DNA of 64,000 bases, taken from NCBI RefSeq assembly GCF_001194135.2, contig NC_068988.1, positions 78,300,017-78,364,016 of the forward strand. The letters run 5' to 3'. The notes under the pieces are model-generated. The model was not told where the DNA came from, ran no database searches, and was given only the letters and a program-made list of their open reading frames with translations. A program made the translations under genes and the position numbers. This document shows positions 35,700-48,960 of the stretch, piece after piece. The DNA comes from Octopus bimaculoides. Its lineage: Eukaryota. Within the stretch, counting starts at the first letter, position 1, and the number at the start of each line of letters is the position of its first letter.

Positions 35700-36990
35700 C
35701 ACTCATGCACAATTATCAGCACTCATGTCGAAAATGGGCTTTTATTGAATTTCTTGCTAATAGTAGTGTCTACACAGATAACTTTTGGTCAGTGTCAGTA
35801 CAATTGTTTAAGGAATACCAAACAAAAGTTAAATTTACAAAACAGTATATTTTTAATGATGAAAACAGGAAAACAAAATAATTGGATGATTCAAAATTGC
35901 TGGCACCTCTACAACATTTGATGACTAACAATCAGTTGTATAGTCTTTATTCTTAATACCTTCAATCTGTGAGGGTAGTCTCAGTTATCACCAGGCACAG
36001 ATCAGAAGGAATTTTAACCCATTCTTCAGTCACATACTCTTCCAGCTCCTTCAGATTAGATGGCTTTTTTTCTATCACCTTTTTCTTTAACTCTCATTGA
36101 ACATTTTCTATTTGGTTTAAGATAGGACTTTGTGCTGGCCAAGGGAGTACATCTATCTTGTTTTCTTTCAGCCAATTTTGGATTAAAAGTGACATATTCT
36201 CCGGATTATTGTTCTGCATGAAAGTCCAATTCATTGTTCCTTCAATTTGAATTAATTTTTCCGGTGCCTTTAGCATAAAAATAGCTCCACAACATTATGC
36301 TGCCTCCATCATGTTTGATGGTAGGATTGACATTCTTCACATTGTAGGCTTCTCCTCTTTCTCTCCAAACAGTAGCTCGACTGTTGTGACTGAATAACTC
36401 AAGTTTAGACCACAGAACAGATTGCCAAAATCATTCAAGCTTCTTCAGAAAGTCCCTTGTAAACTTCAAATGAGCAGTTAAGTGCTTCTTCAACAATGAT
36501 AGCATGTCTTCAAGCCACCAATCAATATCAAAGTTCGAGTAATTGTTGACCTTGACATGAACTCCTATAGCTGTCAAATTGGCTTTCATCAATGCAGTTG
36601 TTATCTTACAATCATTGTTCTGCAGAGATCTATTTTCCGCATCCATTCTCATTTACCAACAAATTGGTTGATGCTTCATTATTATGTTGTGAACAGTTGA
36701 TCTAGCCATATTGAAATTTTTAGATATTGTCTCATACCCATCTTTAGCAGCATGAGCATCAACAATCTTCTTTGAGTCAGAACTGTGCTACTGCACCTTC
36801 ACCATGAAATTGCAGATAGAATAGTTTGAAGGCCAAAAGAAGGTTGCAAAAAGATTGTGCAATTGATGTCATGTAGACTTACTACACATTATTCTAGAAG
36901 TTTGTTTTTTAGAACTTTATGATGATGTAACCTCTATTATTCAACACATTCTCATGTTGTGGCCCAAACTGGTGTTTTTTGCATCATATA
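35700..36990 (-). mobile_element. Degenerate, internally deleted Tc1 (DD34E) element
   Basis: ATG at 36805: MVKV..KKIVDAH..GYETISKNFNMARSTVHNII; later FMQNNNP..IQNWLKENKIDVLPWPAQSPILNQIEN and KKPSNLKELEEYVTEEWVKIP. Boundaries are approximate. Confidence 0.85.
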
Positions 36991-37009
36991 TACATGTGTG
37001 TGTGTGTGT

Positions 37010-37770
37010 GCAATGGGTAAATTGTTGTAATTTTATATTTTTAATTTCACGCATTATTTGTTTTTGATTTTGTCGACTACACACTATAGTAGGGTCATTT
37101 GGGCTCTGCCTGTGAGAAAATCAGCACCATAAAACAATTCACTCTGCCAGAAATTTGGAAACAACATGCTGTACTACTTGGCATTCACACCGGAAGCTCC
37201 AATATGAGTATTTCAGAGTGCTTGGGTATCAATCTCAGGAAAGTGCAATCTGAGGATATGTACCGAGAGTGATAAAAATCAAACATCCAGTCAACATCAT
37301 GGTGTTTGGAGTGATCACTAGTGATGGTGACGTTATGCCTTCATCTTTCTTTCTACACGGCCTCAGACTCAACATGGAGGCCTACATCAAGTTCCTGGAA
37401 GTGGTAGTGCTGCCCTAGGTCAAGAGGATGGCTGCTGGAAGACCCTATGTCTAGCAACAGGACTCTGCACTGTGCTACACAAGCAGGAGAACCCAATCAT
37501 GGCTGTGAGACAATTTTTGTGACCACATCATCCTTAACATCTGGCCACCTAACTCCCCAGACAGCAACCCCCTTGATTATTATGTGTGGGGTGCAGTTGA
37601 GCGAGAGACCAAGAAAACACCTTGTAATACCAAAGACGAACTGAAGGCAAGGATTATGGCAGCATTCACCAACTTAAACAAGGAGACTGTCCAGATGATT
37701 TGCAGAAGATTCCGAAGTTGTCTGGAGGCTGTGGTTGAAGCCAATGGCGATTTCAATAAATAAATTTACT
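37010..37770 (+). mobile_element. Internally deleted DD37D (maT-like) element
   Basis: KHPVNIMVFGVITSDGDVMP..QQDSA..IWPPNSPDSNPLDYYVWGAVERET..RRFRSCLEAVVEANG. I counted exactly 37 residues between the second and third Asp. In-frame stops are present and the 3' end is cut by a SINE. Confidence 0.9.
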
Positions 37771-37775
37771 CTTTA

Positions 37776-38185
37776 GGCGTAGGAGTGGCTGTGTGGTAAG
37801 TAGCTTGCTTGCCAACCACATGGTTTTGGGTTCAGTCCCACTGCGTGGCACCTTGGGCAAGTGTCTTCTACTATAGCCTCAGGCCGACCAAAGCTTTGTG
37901 AGTGGATTTGATAGAATGAAACTGAAAGAAGCCCGTCGTATATATGTATATATATATGAGAGTGTGTATATGTTTGCGTGTCTGTGTTTGTACCGCCAAC
38001 ATCGCTTGACAACCGTTGTTGGTGTGTTTACATCCCCATAACTTAGTGGTTCGGCAAAAGAGACCGATAGAATAAGTACTAGGATTACAAAGAATAAGTC
38101 CTGGGGGTCGATTTGCTTGATTAAAGGTGGTGCTCCAGCATGGCCGCAGTCAAATGACTGAAAGAAGTAAATGAATAAAAGAAAA
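37776..38185 (+). mobile_element. Full-length tRNA-headed CORE-like SINE
   Basis: A box GGCTGTGTGGTAAG, B-like box GGTTCAGTCCC, CORE-like CCTTGGGCAAGT and an internal (TA/TG) tract. Partial copies occur at about 5770-6000, 21440-21620, 28680-28850, 42660-42980, 57780-57900 and 63770-63860. Confidence 0.8.
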
Positions 38186-38347
38186 AGAAGAATTTAATAT
38201 TTCAAGATATTTTTATGTAATTTTGGTAAATATATCTGTTAAAATGAGATGTCAGTGTTATTTTCAATTTTGCGTAATTTATATACCCTATATATGTGTA
38301 TATACATCTATCTGTCTGCCTGTCTGTCTGTCTATCTATCTATCTAT

Positions 38348-39211
38348 NNNNNNNNNNNNNNNNNNNNNNNNNNNNNNNNNNNNNNNNNNNNNNNNNNNNN
38401 NNNNNNNNNNNNNNNNNNNNNNNNNNNNNNNNNNNNNNNNNNNNNNNNNNNNNNNNNNNNNNNNNNNNNNNNNNNNNNNNNNNNNNNNNNNNNNNNNNNN
38501 NNNNNNNNNNNNNNNNNNNNNNNNNNNNNNNNNNNNNNNNNNNNNNNNNNNNNNNNNNNNNNNNNNNNNNNNNNNNNNNNNNNNNNNNNNNNNNNNNNNN
38601 NNNNNNNNNNNNNNNNNNNNNNNNNNNNNNNNNNNNNNNNNNNNNNNNNNNNNNNNNNNNNNNNNNNNNNNNNNNNNNNNNNNNNNNNNNNNNNNNNNNN
38701 NNNNNNNNNNNNNNNNNNNNNNNNNNNNNNNNNNNNNNNNNNNNNNNNNNNNNNNNNNNNNNNNNNNNNNNNNNNNNNNNNNNNNNNNNNNNNNNNNNNN
38801 NNNNNNNNNNNNNNNNNNNNNNNNNNNNNNNNNNNNNNNNNNNNNNNNNNNNNNNNNNNNNNNNNNNNNNNNNNNNNNNNNNNNNNNNNNNNNNNNNNNN
38901 NNNNNNNNNNNNNNNNNNNNNNNNNNNNNNNNNNNNNNNNNNNNNNNNNNNNNNNNNNNNNNNNNNNNNNNNNNNNNNNNNNNNNNNNNNNNNNNNNNNN
39001 NNNNNNNNNNNNNNNNNNNNNNNNNNNNNNNNNNNNNNNNNNNNNNNNNNNNNNNNNNNNNNNNNNNNNNNNNNNNNNNNNNNNNNNNNNNNNNNNNNNN
39101 NNNNNNNNNNNNNNNNNNNNNNNNNNNNNNNNNNNNNNNNNNNNNNNNNNNNNNNNNNNNNNNNNNNNNNNNNNNNNNNNNNNNNNNNNNNNNNNNNNNN
39201 NNNNNNNNNNN
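38348..39211. other. Largest of nine assembly gaps (others: 11578-11589, 13402-13668, 24652-24993, 25752-25859, 41665-42227, 56021-56119, 60472-60677, 61946-62045)
   Basis: N runs, mostly flanked by (TA)n or other simple repeats; missing exons could lie in them. Confidence 0.99.
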
Positions 39212-39274
<63 letters not shown>

Positions 39275-42200
39275 GCGTGTATGTATGCATACATACATAT
39301 ATGTATGTGTGTGTGTATGTATGTATACATATATATGTATATATATTTAACATGTATACATGTATGTTAAATCTATATGTGAGTGTGTCTGTGTAATACA
39401 GGTGAATAAGTTGTAACATTGCCTGCAAGATTCAAATGCAGCATCTGTAAACTATGCTAAGCACTGCAGTAAACAATATATGTGTCATTCACTGTAAATT
39501 TGCATTAGGTTAAACATTGTTCTTATTTGCATCAGCCAATATTTCATCAAATCTATTTAATTTAGATTTTTGGTGTAAGTCAGTGTGAACAGCTGACACA
39601 TCTATAGATGAAACTGTGTTGTATCTCTCTCTACCTCCTACACTTTACTGTCTTACATCACCAAAATTATAAGATATATTTATCTTTCAGAACAAAACAA
39701 CCATTTCAACATACTTTGATTATCTCAACTGTAGCAGCATATTTACTGTAATTCTCAGCTTGAAATCTAACCTGTGTTCTTGTTACATTTCCTGCTAGTC
39801 TTTTGTTTGTACCTCATATCATCATCATCATTTAACATCCATGTTCCAGCTGGCATGAGCTGGATAATTTGACAGGATTCGTTGAGTCTGAGGACTGCAT
39901 TGTGATCAAGTGTCTACTTTGGCAGGGTTTACTATAGTAGGGTGCCTTTATTAATGCCTACACTTTTCCGTATATGAACTGTAAATGGTCTTTCTATTCT
40001 TCCAGTCTTTCATTTGCAATTTAGAATATCTCATTCTTCTACTCCTTACAAAAAAAATGTATACCATGTTTCACTTTCTGTTGGGAAATATGTTACATTG
40101 ATATCTAACCTCCTCAAAACATAATTTAACACTTACTCTTTTGCACCTCCCAGCCAGTTTCATCTTTCTAAAATTCTTTGTATGCATTTGTATTTTTATT
40201 TAATTTTACACTGCCTGTTACCTAAGTACATTTCTCTTAAGAATCTGTGTTTAACATTATCTCATAATCTTTCAGACTATTTAATGTGTCTTCTTTTCTC
40301 TGTCTGATATGATACTGAAACAAAGAATTACAGGTTTATTGTTTAACTTCACACTTCTCTGACTCTTCTGCAATTTCTTGTTGCACAGAATGTAAATGAA
40401 TTAAAGAGAAGCACATTCATTACAATAAATTTTGCTTACTGTATCATGTGTTTTTGGCTCCAATGTTAGTCTCTCTGGTTGGATATTTAATAGATGACCA
40501 CCTGGTTGATTGGTTTCTTAAGATTGATGTTAGAAATAACCTACCAATTTGAACCAATTCAAACTGCAAATATCATGGACATTTGGTGTTGTCTTGTTCC
40601 TTAGTGACACTGTTGCACTGTCTCTGTCAACTATAACTTCAGACCAACATCACTGGCTTTTCACAGAATGGTGCTTATAATCAGTCACAATACCTGGCTT
40701 ATACTTGATTCTCTATGAACCTTCGATATTTTCAGTTTGCTTGCTGAATTCATCAGTTCATTTGTTCATATATTGTCTTCAGTATCAATAATATTAATAT
40801 GCCAACTTGTTTTTTTTGTACGTACCTGTGGTATGTGTCACACTTACTTCAAAAGAAGAAGTGAGTGGCAAAGCGAGAGAGAAGAGAACAGAGGGAATAA
40901 GAGAGAGTGAAAGAGACGGTGAGTGGTGACAGTGTTCGTTTTGTGTTTATAAATGTTTCAGAGAAGAAGTAAAAGACATAGAGAGAGTGAAAGAGACAGT
41001 GAGTGGTGACAATGTTTAGTTTGTGTTTTTAAATGTTTATCACATCGCAAGAAAAGTAGATACATTGATAGAAAGAAAAGTTGATACAAAGATACATACA
41101 CACATTGTTAAATTAAAAGCGGGAGAGATGCAGGAAGTGAAAGGGAAAGAGAAAAAGTGAGAGAGACAGTAGATACATAGATTGAAAGAAAAGTTGATAC
41201 ATAGACACAGCAAATATTGAATGTCACTTTCACTTTTCATTACCACACGAGGATAAAATTAACTCGCAAGTAGCTGCATACTTCACAGACATGCATATTA
41301 TTAACGTAGTTCTCAGAGAGATTCAGCCTCACACAGAATATGACAAGGCTGGCCCCTTTGAATTACAGCTACAAATCATTTTGACCAACTGAGTAGACTA
41401 GAACAAGACAAACCTTCAAGTGGTTGGAAGAAAGCGAAAAAGATCCCATATAGGAGCAGGGAAATCTTTTTAGTCATTAGGGTCGCTATGAGTGTTAATC
41501 TGGTCCTAACAGCAACATTTGTGGGTCTCACAGATCTGGAGGTCAAGCTCCCAAATAAACATTGATGCACAGGCTGTTTTTATCAAACTGAGCATGAGTC
41601 GAGGGTGAATACATGAGGGGATAGTAATTATTTCATCTTAGTTTTCACTGCTTATACTAAACACNNNNNNNNNNNNNNNNNNNNNNNNNNNNNNNNNNNN
41701 NNNNNNNNNNNNNNNNNNNNNNNNNNNNNNNNNNNNNNNNNNNNNNNNNNNNNNNNNNNNNNNNNNNNNNNNNNNNNNNNNNNNNNNNNNNNNNNNNNNN
41801 NNNNNNNNNNNNNNNNNNNNNNNNNNNNNNNNNNNNNNNNNNNNNNNNNNNNNNNNNNNNNNNNNNNNNNNNNNNNNNNNNNNNNNNNNNNNNNNNNNNN
41901 NNNNNNNNNNNNNNNNNNNNNNNNNNNNNNNNNNNNNNNNNNNNNNNNNNNNNNNNNNNNNNNNNNNNNNNNNNNNNNNNNNNNNNNNNNNNNNNNNNNN
42001 NNNNNNNNNNNNNNNNNNNNNNNNNNNNNNNNNNNNNNNNNNNNNNNNNNNNNNNNNNNNNNNNNNNNNNNNNNNNNNNNNNNNNNNNNNNNNNNNNNNN
42101 NNNNNNNNNNNNNNNNNNNNNNNNNNNNNNNNNNNNNNNNNNNNNNNNNNNNNNNNNNNNNNNNNNNNNNNNNNNNNNNNNNNNNNNNNNNNNNNNNNNN

Positions 42201-44449
42201 NNNNNNNNNNNNNNNNNNNNNNNNNNNCTCGCTTCTTTATTTTTATCAATGAAGAAGAGGGAAAGACATTTAGTTATGAATAGAGAGAAAGTCTTTCAGG
42301 TGTTTACATTTTTATTCTGGGAGTTCTAGAACAATCAAATATTAGTTCTCTCTTCTTTCCCCCACCCTTGGTACTTATTCGCCTTCTTTCATAGTTTTTT
42401 ATGTCTTTTAGTTGGGGGGAAAGACCATGTTTTTTTTTTTTTCAGGTTCGTTTAACATTTTCTCTACAACCTACAAACAAGCCCCACTCCCTTCCTTTTT
42501 TTTTTTTTCATACAAAAACTAATGCAAATTTCAAACAGGGTATAGCTGTGAGAAAAGCCCAGAAAATTGGTTAATAGCACCCTACAAAATGGGTAGGGGA
42601 GAAAAGTTGCCAACTGGTGGCTATACGAAATTCAACTCTATACCTTAAAGAATGTTTTCTACTATAGCCTTGGGCCGACCAAAGCCTCGTGAGTGAATTT
42701 GGTAGATGGAAACTGAAAGAAACCTGTCATATATATATGTATGTATGTGTGTATATATTATATTTTTTAGTGTGTGTGTTTGAGTGTGTATTTGTCCTAC
42801 CACCACCATTATTTGACAACTGATGTTAGTGTGTTTGCGTCCCTGTAACTTAGCTGTTTGGCAGAAGAGACTGATAGAATAAGCACCAGGCTTACAGAGA
42901 ATAAGTTCAGGGGTCGACTTCTTTGACTAAAGAGCGGTGCTCCAGCATGGCCACCATCAAATAACTGAAACAAATAAAAGAATACCAGATGAACGTTCTG
43001 TAATACTGAACTAAGAATGTTCTTTGAATATGTACAATGTATTTTAAGACTAAATAGTAATTCTGTTTACATTTGCATAACTGAGATATTTTGGATGGAT
43101 TATATAGCTATCAATTTTACTCTTCTTTCTGTATTCTGTAACTGTCACAATATAGAAACACTTCTCATGGCACCAACAACAATTTACAGATGCTTACTTT
43201 TTTTATTTCCATGAATTTTTCACAGGTCCAGCTAGTTTATATGATTATATGAAGTATTTAAATTACTCCATTCCTGAGATACTAAATTGCCAAGATATTC
43301 AGGCCTCATCCTAGTTTGAAATAAAGACTATGAGTAAGAACAACTTGCCACTATAGCAGTATTGACTATATCTTAGAACAGTCCAGCAGACTGACTTACA
43401 GGAAGAGGAAGTCTTTGGAGGTATCCTTAGGGTCTATCACAGGAAGTCTATTCTGGTACCACCTTGAGAGAATATGTTCTGAGACATGCAATTACTACTT
43501 GGACACTGTCTATTTTCCACTTTATTATCTTAGTAGATAAAACTTAATCTATGCTCCCTTCCCCTCTCTCCCTCTTATTTCATCTGATTCTTCCAGTCGT
43601 TCCTACTATCTTAGATAAACTATGCCAAAATTAATTTTTGATTTTAGAAAATATTACCTAGTACTAAATCATGATTTAATATCTATATTCCATGCTAGCA
43701 TTGGTTAGATGATTTAACAATATCCGACAGGTCCAAAAACTGCATCATATTCCTATGGCAACATTCACATGGTTTCTATGACTCAGCCATTTTACAATAT
43801 GTACTGGGTGCTTTTTCTATGCACTCACACTTGTGAGGTTGCTATGCAGCTAGAATGACTTAAGATCCTCTTTGAGCGAGTGGAACTTCAGTATGCTAGG
43901 AGATGAGAAGTTAAAGTATGAGAGAAAGTGGCTAGAACAGAACACATCTCTTGCTGTAGGGGAGCAGCATGACTACTCCCATTTCAGAAAAGTGGATGGG
44001 AGTTAGAGATAACAATAGTGTTGATGAAGTACCAGGGTTGGCCCTTAAAATGTATGTAGTAAGTAGAAGTGAGTGGAGAAAAGAGAACACGGTTACAGGT
44101 ACAACCTAGCTGTTCTGTCATTCTAAAGGAAAAAGAAAATATAAATTATTTCTTTACCCTAAGTAGTATCACCAAAATGTAGCTGAGTCTTAATACATCA
44201 AGGAAACATTTTTTGTACAGTTTTTGATACATCACCAACATTTATTTTTTGTGCGAGTTGAAACACTGACTCATTTAAGTGGATGAGTCAAGACAGAGAA
44301 TCAATCAGGTTTGAGAATGAGTCAAGATGATGGAGGAGTTTTGTTGGTGAATGAATCAAATTAGTGAATCCTATTTGTTTCATTTATGGAATAAATCACA
44401 ACCTTTTGCCTTAAAGAAAAAAAGATACATTAGGTAATGTCATTATCAT

Positions 44450-44800
44450 CATCATTATTTTAAAGTCCACTTTTCCATGCTTGTGTGGAGCAGATGACAT
44501 TTATTGAGGCAGATTTTCTATGGTTAGATTCCCTTTCTCTCACCAACCCTTACCTGTTTTCAAGCATAGTTACATCTCCATAGACATGTTTTTGCAGAAT
44601 ATTAGAAATGAATGACACTCATTTACAGCAGTCACACAATTTCAAGACAAGGAGACACAAATGTACATAGATATGACAGACTTCTTTTAGTTTCTGTCTA
44701 CTTTCAGTTTCAATCTACTCACAAGGCTTTGATTTGCACAGGTGCTACACAGTGAGACTGAATTAAAAACCATGTGGTTGGGAGGCAAACTTCTTAACCA
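44450..44800 (-). mobile_element. Composite SINE: tRNA/CORE head joined to an RTE-type (GAT)n tail
   Basis: The minus strand begins GATGCAGGCGTGGTTAAGAAGTTTG.. and ends ..CAAGCATGGAAAAGTGGAC..GATGATG. The body is shared with 7990-8130, 33235-33400 and 56420-56640. Confidence 0.65.
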
Positions 44801-44963
44801 CGCCTGCATCTATATAATGTAGCCCTGAATATGCACAATTACAGGCTGATCAATTTTGATCTTTAATCCTAAGTCTGGAGCAAAACAATTGTCATAATAA
44901 CAATCTCATATGTACTAATATTGTAATAAAGTGAATTATAGTGGTTCTGTATATTTCTTACAG

Positions 44964-45051
44964 CTGTACAAAACTGACCCATGTAAAAATCCGCTTCCTC
45001 ATCATCATCATCATCATAACTACTGTCAACATTTTGTTTTACTAAGAAAAA
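44964..45051 (+). CDS. Candidate next PLXDC-like exon G (phase 0-1), unconfirmed
   Basis: TATTTCTTACAG|CTG TAC AAA ACT GAC CCA TGT ... AGA AAA A|GTATGG gives LYKTDPCKNPLPHHHHHHNYCQHFVLLRK. The phase fits exon F and it supplies a Cys 9 residues after the seventh PSI Cys. Sequence similarity is otherwise weak and the His run is a (CAT)6 microsatellite. Confidence 0.33.
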
Positions 45052-46539
45052 GTATGGCCACGTTTTTGTCTCCCTAGCCAGTTATTTTTGTGTGGTGAAT
45101 ATCAACAGTTTTGAGAAAGGCGAAACCGCAAATCAATTTTAATTCTCTGTTGAAGTTTTTGTCTTTTAAATTTATTTATTTATTAAGGAATATCATCTTT
45201 ATTTTTTTGTAAACATCTGCTTTTTTTTATTTTTTTGGGTGGGGGGGACATTAAAAACCATTTTCTTGTTTCAAGGTATTTTTGTTGTTATTTTAGCTAA
45301 ACACCTGCTCAAGTATGTTTTCGAAGGATGTCATTCAAGCACAGTATCTATAGGCTTAGAAATGGAAAACCATGGGTAAAATAGGTTCCTCTTCAGAATG
45401 TCTTGTTTAGCTCTTTTTTTTTTCTTTTTTTTTCCAACTCTAGTCAAGCTATTGTAATGCTTTCAACTGAATTGGCTTTACATTGTTTAATTCTGTCTCT
45501 TTGATTTCTCTACCAAAGAAAATTCTAGTGATGATTTCTCAGTGAAACTCCTCCCTCCCTAAAATAACAAAAGTGAATGCTGACTAACAAACAATTAGCA
45601 TCTTGTTAGATAAAGGCTCTGGAAATGTCATTGGCCTGCTTTATATATGCATCTTCTCCTCACAAAATATGTTGCATGTTCTGTTTTTATTTATTTATTT
45701 ATTTTTCATTTTTCTTTTTCTTTTTTGTTGTTGTTTTGCACTTCTTTTAGTTTTTAGAACTGAATTCTTCTCTGATCTTTTTAGGTTGGAATTCTTTGTA
45801 ATTCTTGAATTACAGAGTATTTAGATAATAATTTATTTTCTTGTCATCACCACACTTTCATATAAAGTTTGCCTAAGTTTATGAATTAACGCTTTTTATT
45901 TCCTCCTGCTTTCCTTCATTCTCTCCCGTTTATCTCAAATACTGACTCAGCAATTGTCTAGAATTGGTAAATATTTTCTCATTTCCCCCCACATTATCCT
46001 ACCATCTTGACTGTCTCCCTTCATTCTATGAAAACCTAATTAATTTTTGGTCTGTTATATTTCTGATTCCACCTGGGTTGTTTGATAATACTAGTTTCAT
46101 TACATATTTAGATAATTATCTTTAGATGTAATAATAATTGGGAGCATTTCATTATGTTTGGATTACATCGAAATTTCTACCTAAAACCTGTATACATTGT
46201 GTGTGTGTGTGTGTGTGTAGATGGCACTCATATACATTTAATAAGCATGTATTCAGTATTACTGTGCAGATATCATGGGTAAATGATAAGATAACATAAA
46301 TAAACAAACAGATGCTTCATTAATTAGGAAAGAAGATCAGTTTGTCTATTTCTGTCCTTTTCTGTATTGCCCAAGTAACAAAGAATATATCTTATGTCTC
46401 TCAGTAAACAAACTATTACTAGCGTGATGTTTATAAAACATGTATATGTTTTTAATTCTAGAGACTGTCAACCTTCTACCATTATGTAAATATGTTTATG
46501 TTAGCAGTAGATGATGAGTTACATTCACCATCGTCATCA

Positions 46540-47570
46540 TCATTGTTTAATGTCCTCCTTCCATGCTGGCTAGGGTTGTATGGTTTGACAGGAGCTGGCC
46601 AGGCAGAAGCCTGCACCAGACTTCTGTGTCTGTTTTAGCAGGGTTTTTGTAGCTGGATGCCCTTCCTAACACCAACCACCCCACAAGGCAGGCTGAGTGC
46701 TTTTTACGTGGCACCAGCACAGGCAAGATCAATTTCGGTGTGATCTTTACAGTTCAATACCCTTCCAAATGCCAACCACTTTACAGTGTGGATGCTTAAG
46801 TGGCACCTGTACTGGCAGGGTCACCAAGTAACTTTGCAAGACAAGGAATCTTTGAGAGGGGAGGGAGCATTGGAGGAGCTAATCTTGCATCATATAATGA
46901 ATGGTGAGAGTTTGACTGATAGACAAAAACAGATGTCTTGCTGTAGAGGAGGTATGTGTAGAGAGAGGGAGAGAGTTAACCATGAAGAAGGCAGGAACAA
47001 GTGTGCTGATGTAAAGGAGATACTTGGTTACCTAACCAAAGGTAAGAGCAAAAGGAGGGAGAGAGAGTGATCAAGATTGAAGGCAGAAACAGGTGTGCTG
47101 CTGTAGTGGAGATACATGGTTACCCAGCCAGAGGTAAGAGCAAAAGAAAAGGGAGAGAGTGGGAGACAGACAGCAAGAGTGAAAGAGAGAGCAGGAAAGA
47201 GATGGTGGTAAAGTATCGCGGTATACTCACAAGGAATGGAGAGCAGAGCATAGATGGGATGACAGAGTAAGGAAGAGAGAAATAAATAGTGGCAGTTGCC
47301 AGGACATACCCCCTAAGAATGGAGGTCATAATATACATGGCCAAGTATTGCCAAGAGGCATGCATAGGGAGTGGGATGGGGGATGCTGTGGCTGGTGAGG
47401 ACCTGGATATATAGCGGGGTAGCGGGAACACTGTTATAGTCAGCAGGATAGTGAGGACAGGATTAAGGAGTAGGAGATAATCATAGAGTATGAAGAGGAA
47501 ATGTGAGGAAGGGAAGAGATACAGTTTGGGAGAAGAGATGTTGGTGTAGTTTGGTTTGTTGGGGTAGGGT
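46540..47570 (-). mobile_element. Pyrimidine-rich non-autonomous element ending in the RTE 3' tail
   Basis: About 1 kb of C/T-rich minus strand with an internal ~95-bp tandem duplication (about 46990-47170), running into the RTE tail. Similar blocks occur at about 43700-44110, 51070-51800 and 55180-55760. Confidence 0.5.
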
Positions 47571-48758
47571 GTGTGAAAATTTCCACATTATCCACAGTAA
47601 TATATATTTTTCTTAAGTTGGACTATGAAGAGATGGGATTAATAATTTCAGATGAATCACATGAAAAGTGAAAGTAGCTGGATGATCATCATGTTTAACT
47701 GCTGAAGCCTATGACTTATTTACAGTTTCTGTTTTCGCAGTGATTTTGAATATTCATTTAGTCATATTGAAGGATTTCTCTATAGACACATATTTTGAAC
47801 CATGCTATGTTTATATATTATAATTTCAATGCAGGTATATATTTATAATCATGCTATTTTGGTTTAATTATGAGGCATAAAGTTCTAATTTGTTTTTTAT
47901 ATTTTGTATTTGTAAATCTTGAAGCATATCCCTGTTACCCATCACACAGCAGTTGAATGGGTTTCTTTCTACTTGTTCTAAACAAAGCTGTTAGGTTAAT
48001 TCTGTGTAGTTAATCAGTGTTTCAACCAAATCTCGTTTTAGCAAATTCTGAAATTCTAAATCTCCAATTCATATCCACCAGGAAGGTTGAAATGATCACA
48101 GCCACAAAATATCAGTTTAAAGATATTATTTGATCAGTTTCCTCCTTTCCATATGTCATCTGAAGTGAATATATGCAATATCAAAAGATAATTGCAGAGA
48201 CAACGACAACAACGTCTATTGAAGCAACCACAGCAATAGTTTCTATTAGAGCAATTACAATAAGTGGTTGCTTGTCAAAACACCAAAACAACGACAACAA
48301 CTTTTATCAGGATTACCCCAACTTTTATTGGCAGAACAACAAAAAAGTCACTGTTATCACTACTGAATATATTGCAATCTGTTTGCAGTTCATAGTTGTT
48401 ATTAGATGTTAAGAATGTGCTGCAAAGCTGTGTAATTAAGGAAACAAATGACATGTTCTATAAGCAGGTTAACCACTAACAGCTTGTCACACCACTTATG
48501 TAATTTCCCTGATCAATTATTATATTTGCTTCAGTTCAAGCAACACAGTTGACCAACAAAACACTAAAACCCAGTATGTGCATCTCTTAATGATGCACAT
48601 GCACTCTACTACTCTGTGTTATTGCTTTCTGATCCAATATATTATAATTCTATATAATGTTTCGATTGAATTAGGATGTACTAATTAATTTCAACCTTGT
48701 TGGGTTGGTAGGACATTGGACAAAATACTTTGGAATATTTAGTTATATTTTCTTAAGT

Positions 48759-48960
48759 GGTGAGCTGCAGAAATGTTAGCATGCTGGGTAAAATGCATAG
48801 CAGCATTTCGTCAATTTTCACATTCTGAGTTCAAATTCTGTTGAAGCTGACTTTGCCTTTCATCTCTTCAAGGTCAATAAAATAAATACCAGTTGAGTAC
48901 TGGGGTCGATGTAATCGACTTATCCCCTCCCTGAAATCACTTTATACCAAAATTTGAAAT
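48759..48960 (+). mobile_element. Second tRNA-derived SINE family
   Basis: GGTGAGCTG.CAGAA..GAGTTCAAATTC..GACTTTGCCTTTCATC..GGTCAATAAAATAAATACCAG. Further copies occur at about 48975-49060, 49850-50035, 50090-50250 and 55880-55950. Confidence 0.7.

Noticed and set aside
38223-39428. Longest ORFs in the track (328-375 aa), and similar ones at 13.3, 24.6, 41.6, 55.9 and 60.4 kb
   Set aside because: They consist of N runs and (TA)n/(TG)n translations (YIYI, CVCV); not coding.
39690-40470. Other phase-0 acceptors as the exon after F (NKTTIST.., VYCLTSH.., NVNELKR..)
   Set aside because: Poorer pyrimidine tracts or Cys spacing than 44964; cannot be excluded without RNA data.
42228-42660. Unusual homopolymer-rich sequence after a gap
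   Set aside because: Looks like low-quality contig-end sequence grading into a SINE; not interpretable.
45603-45824. Hydrophobic ORF as a candidate transmembrane exon
   Set aside because: The hydrophobicity comes from T-rich low-complexity DNA; there is no PLXDC cytoplasmic motif or convincing splice pair.
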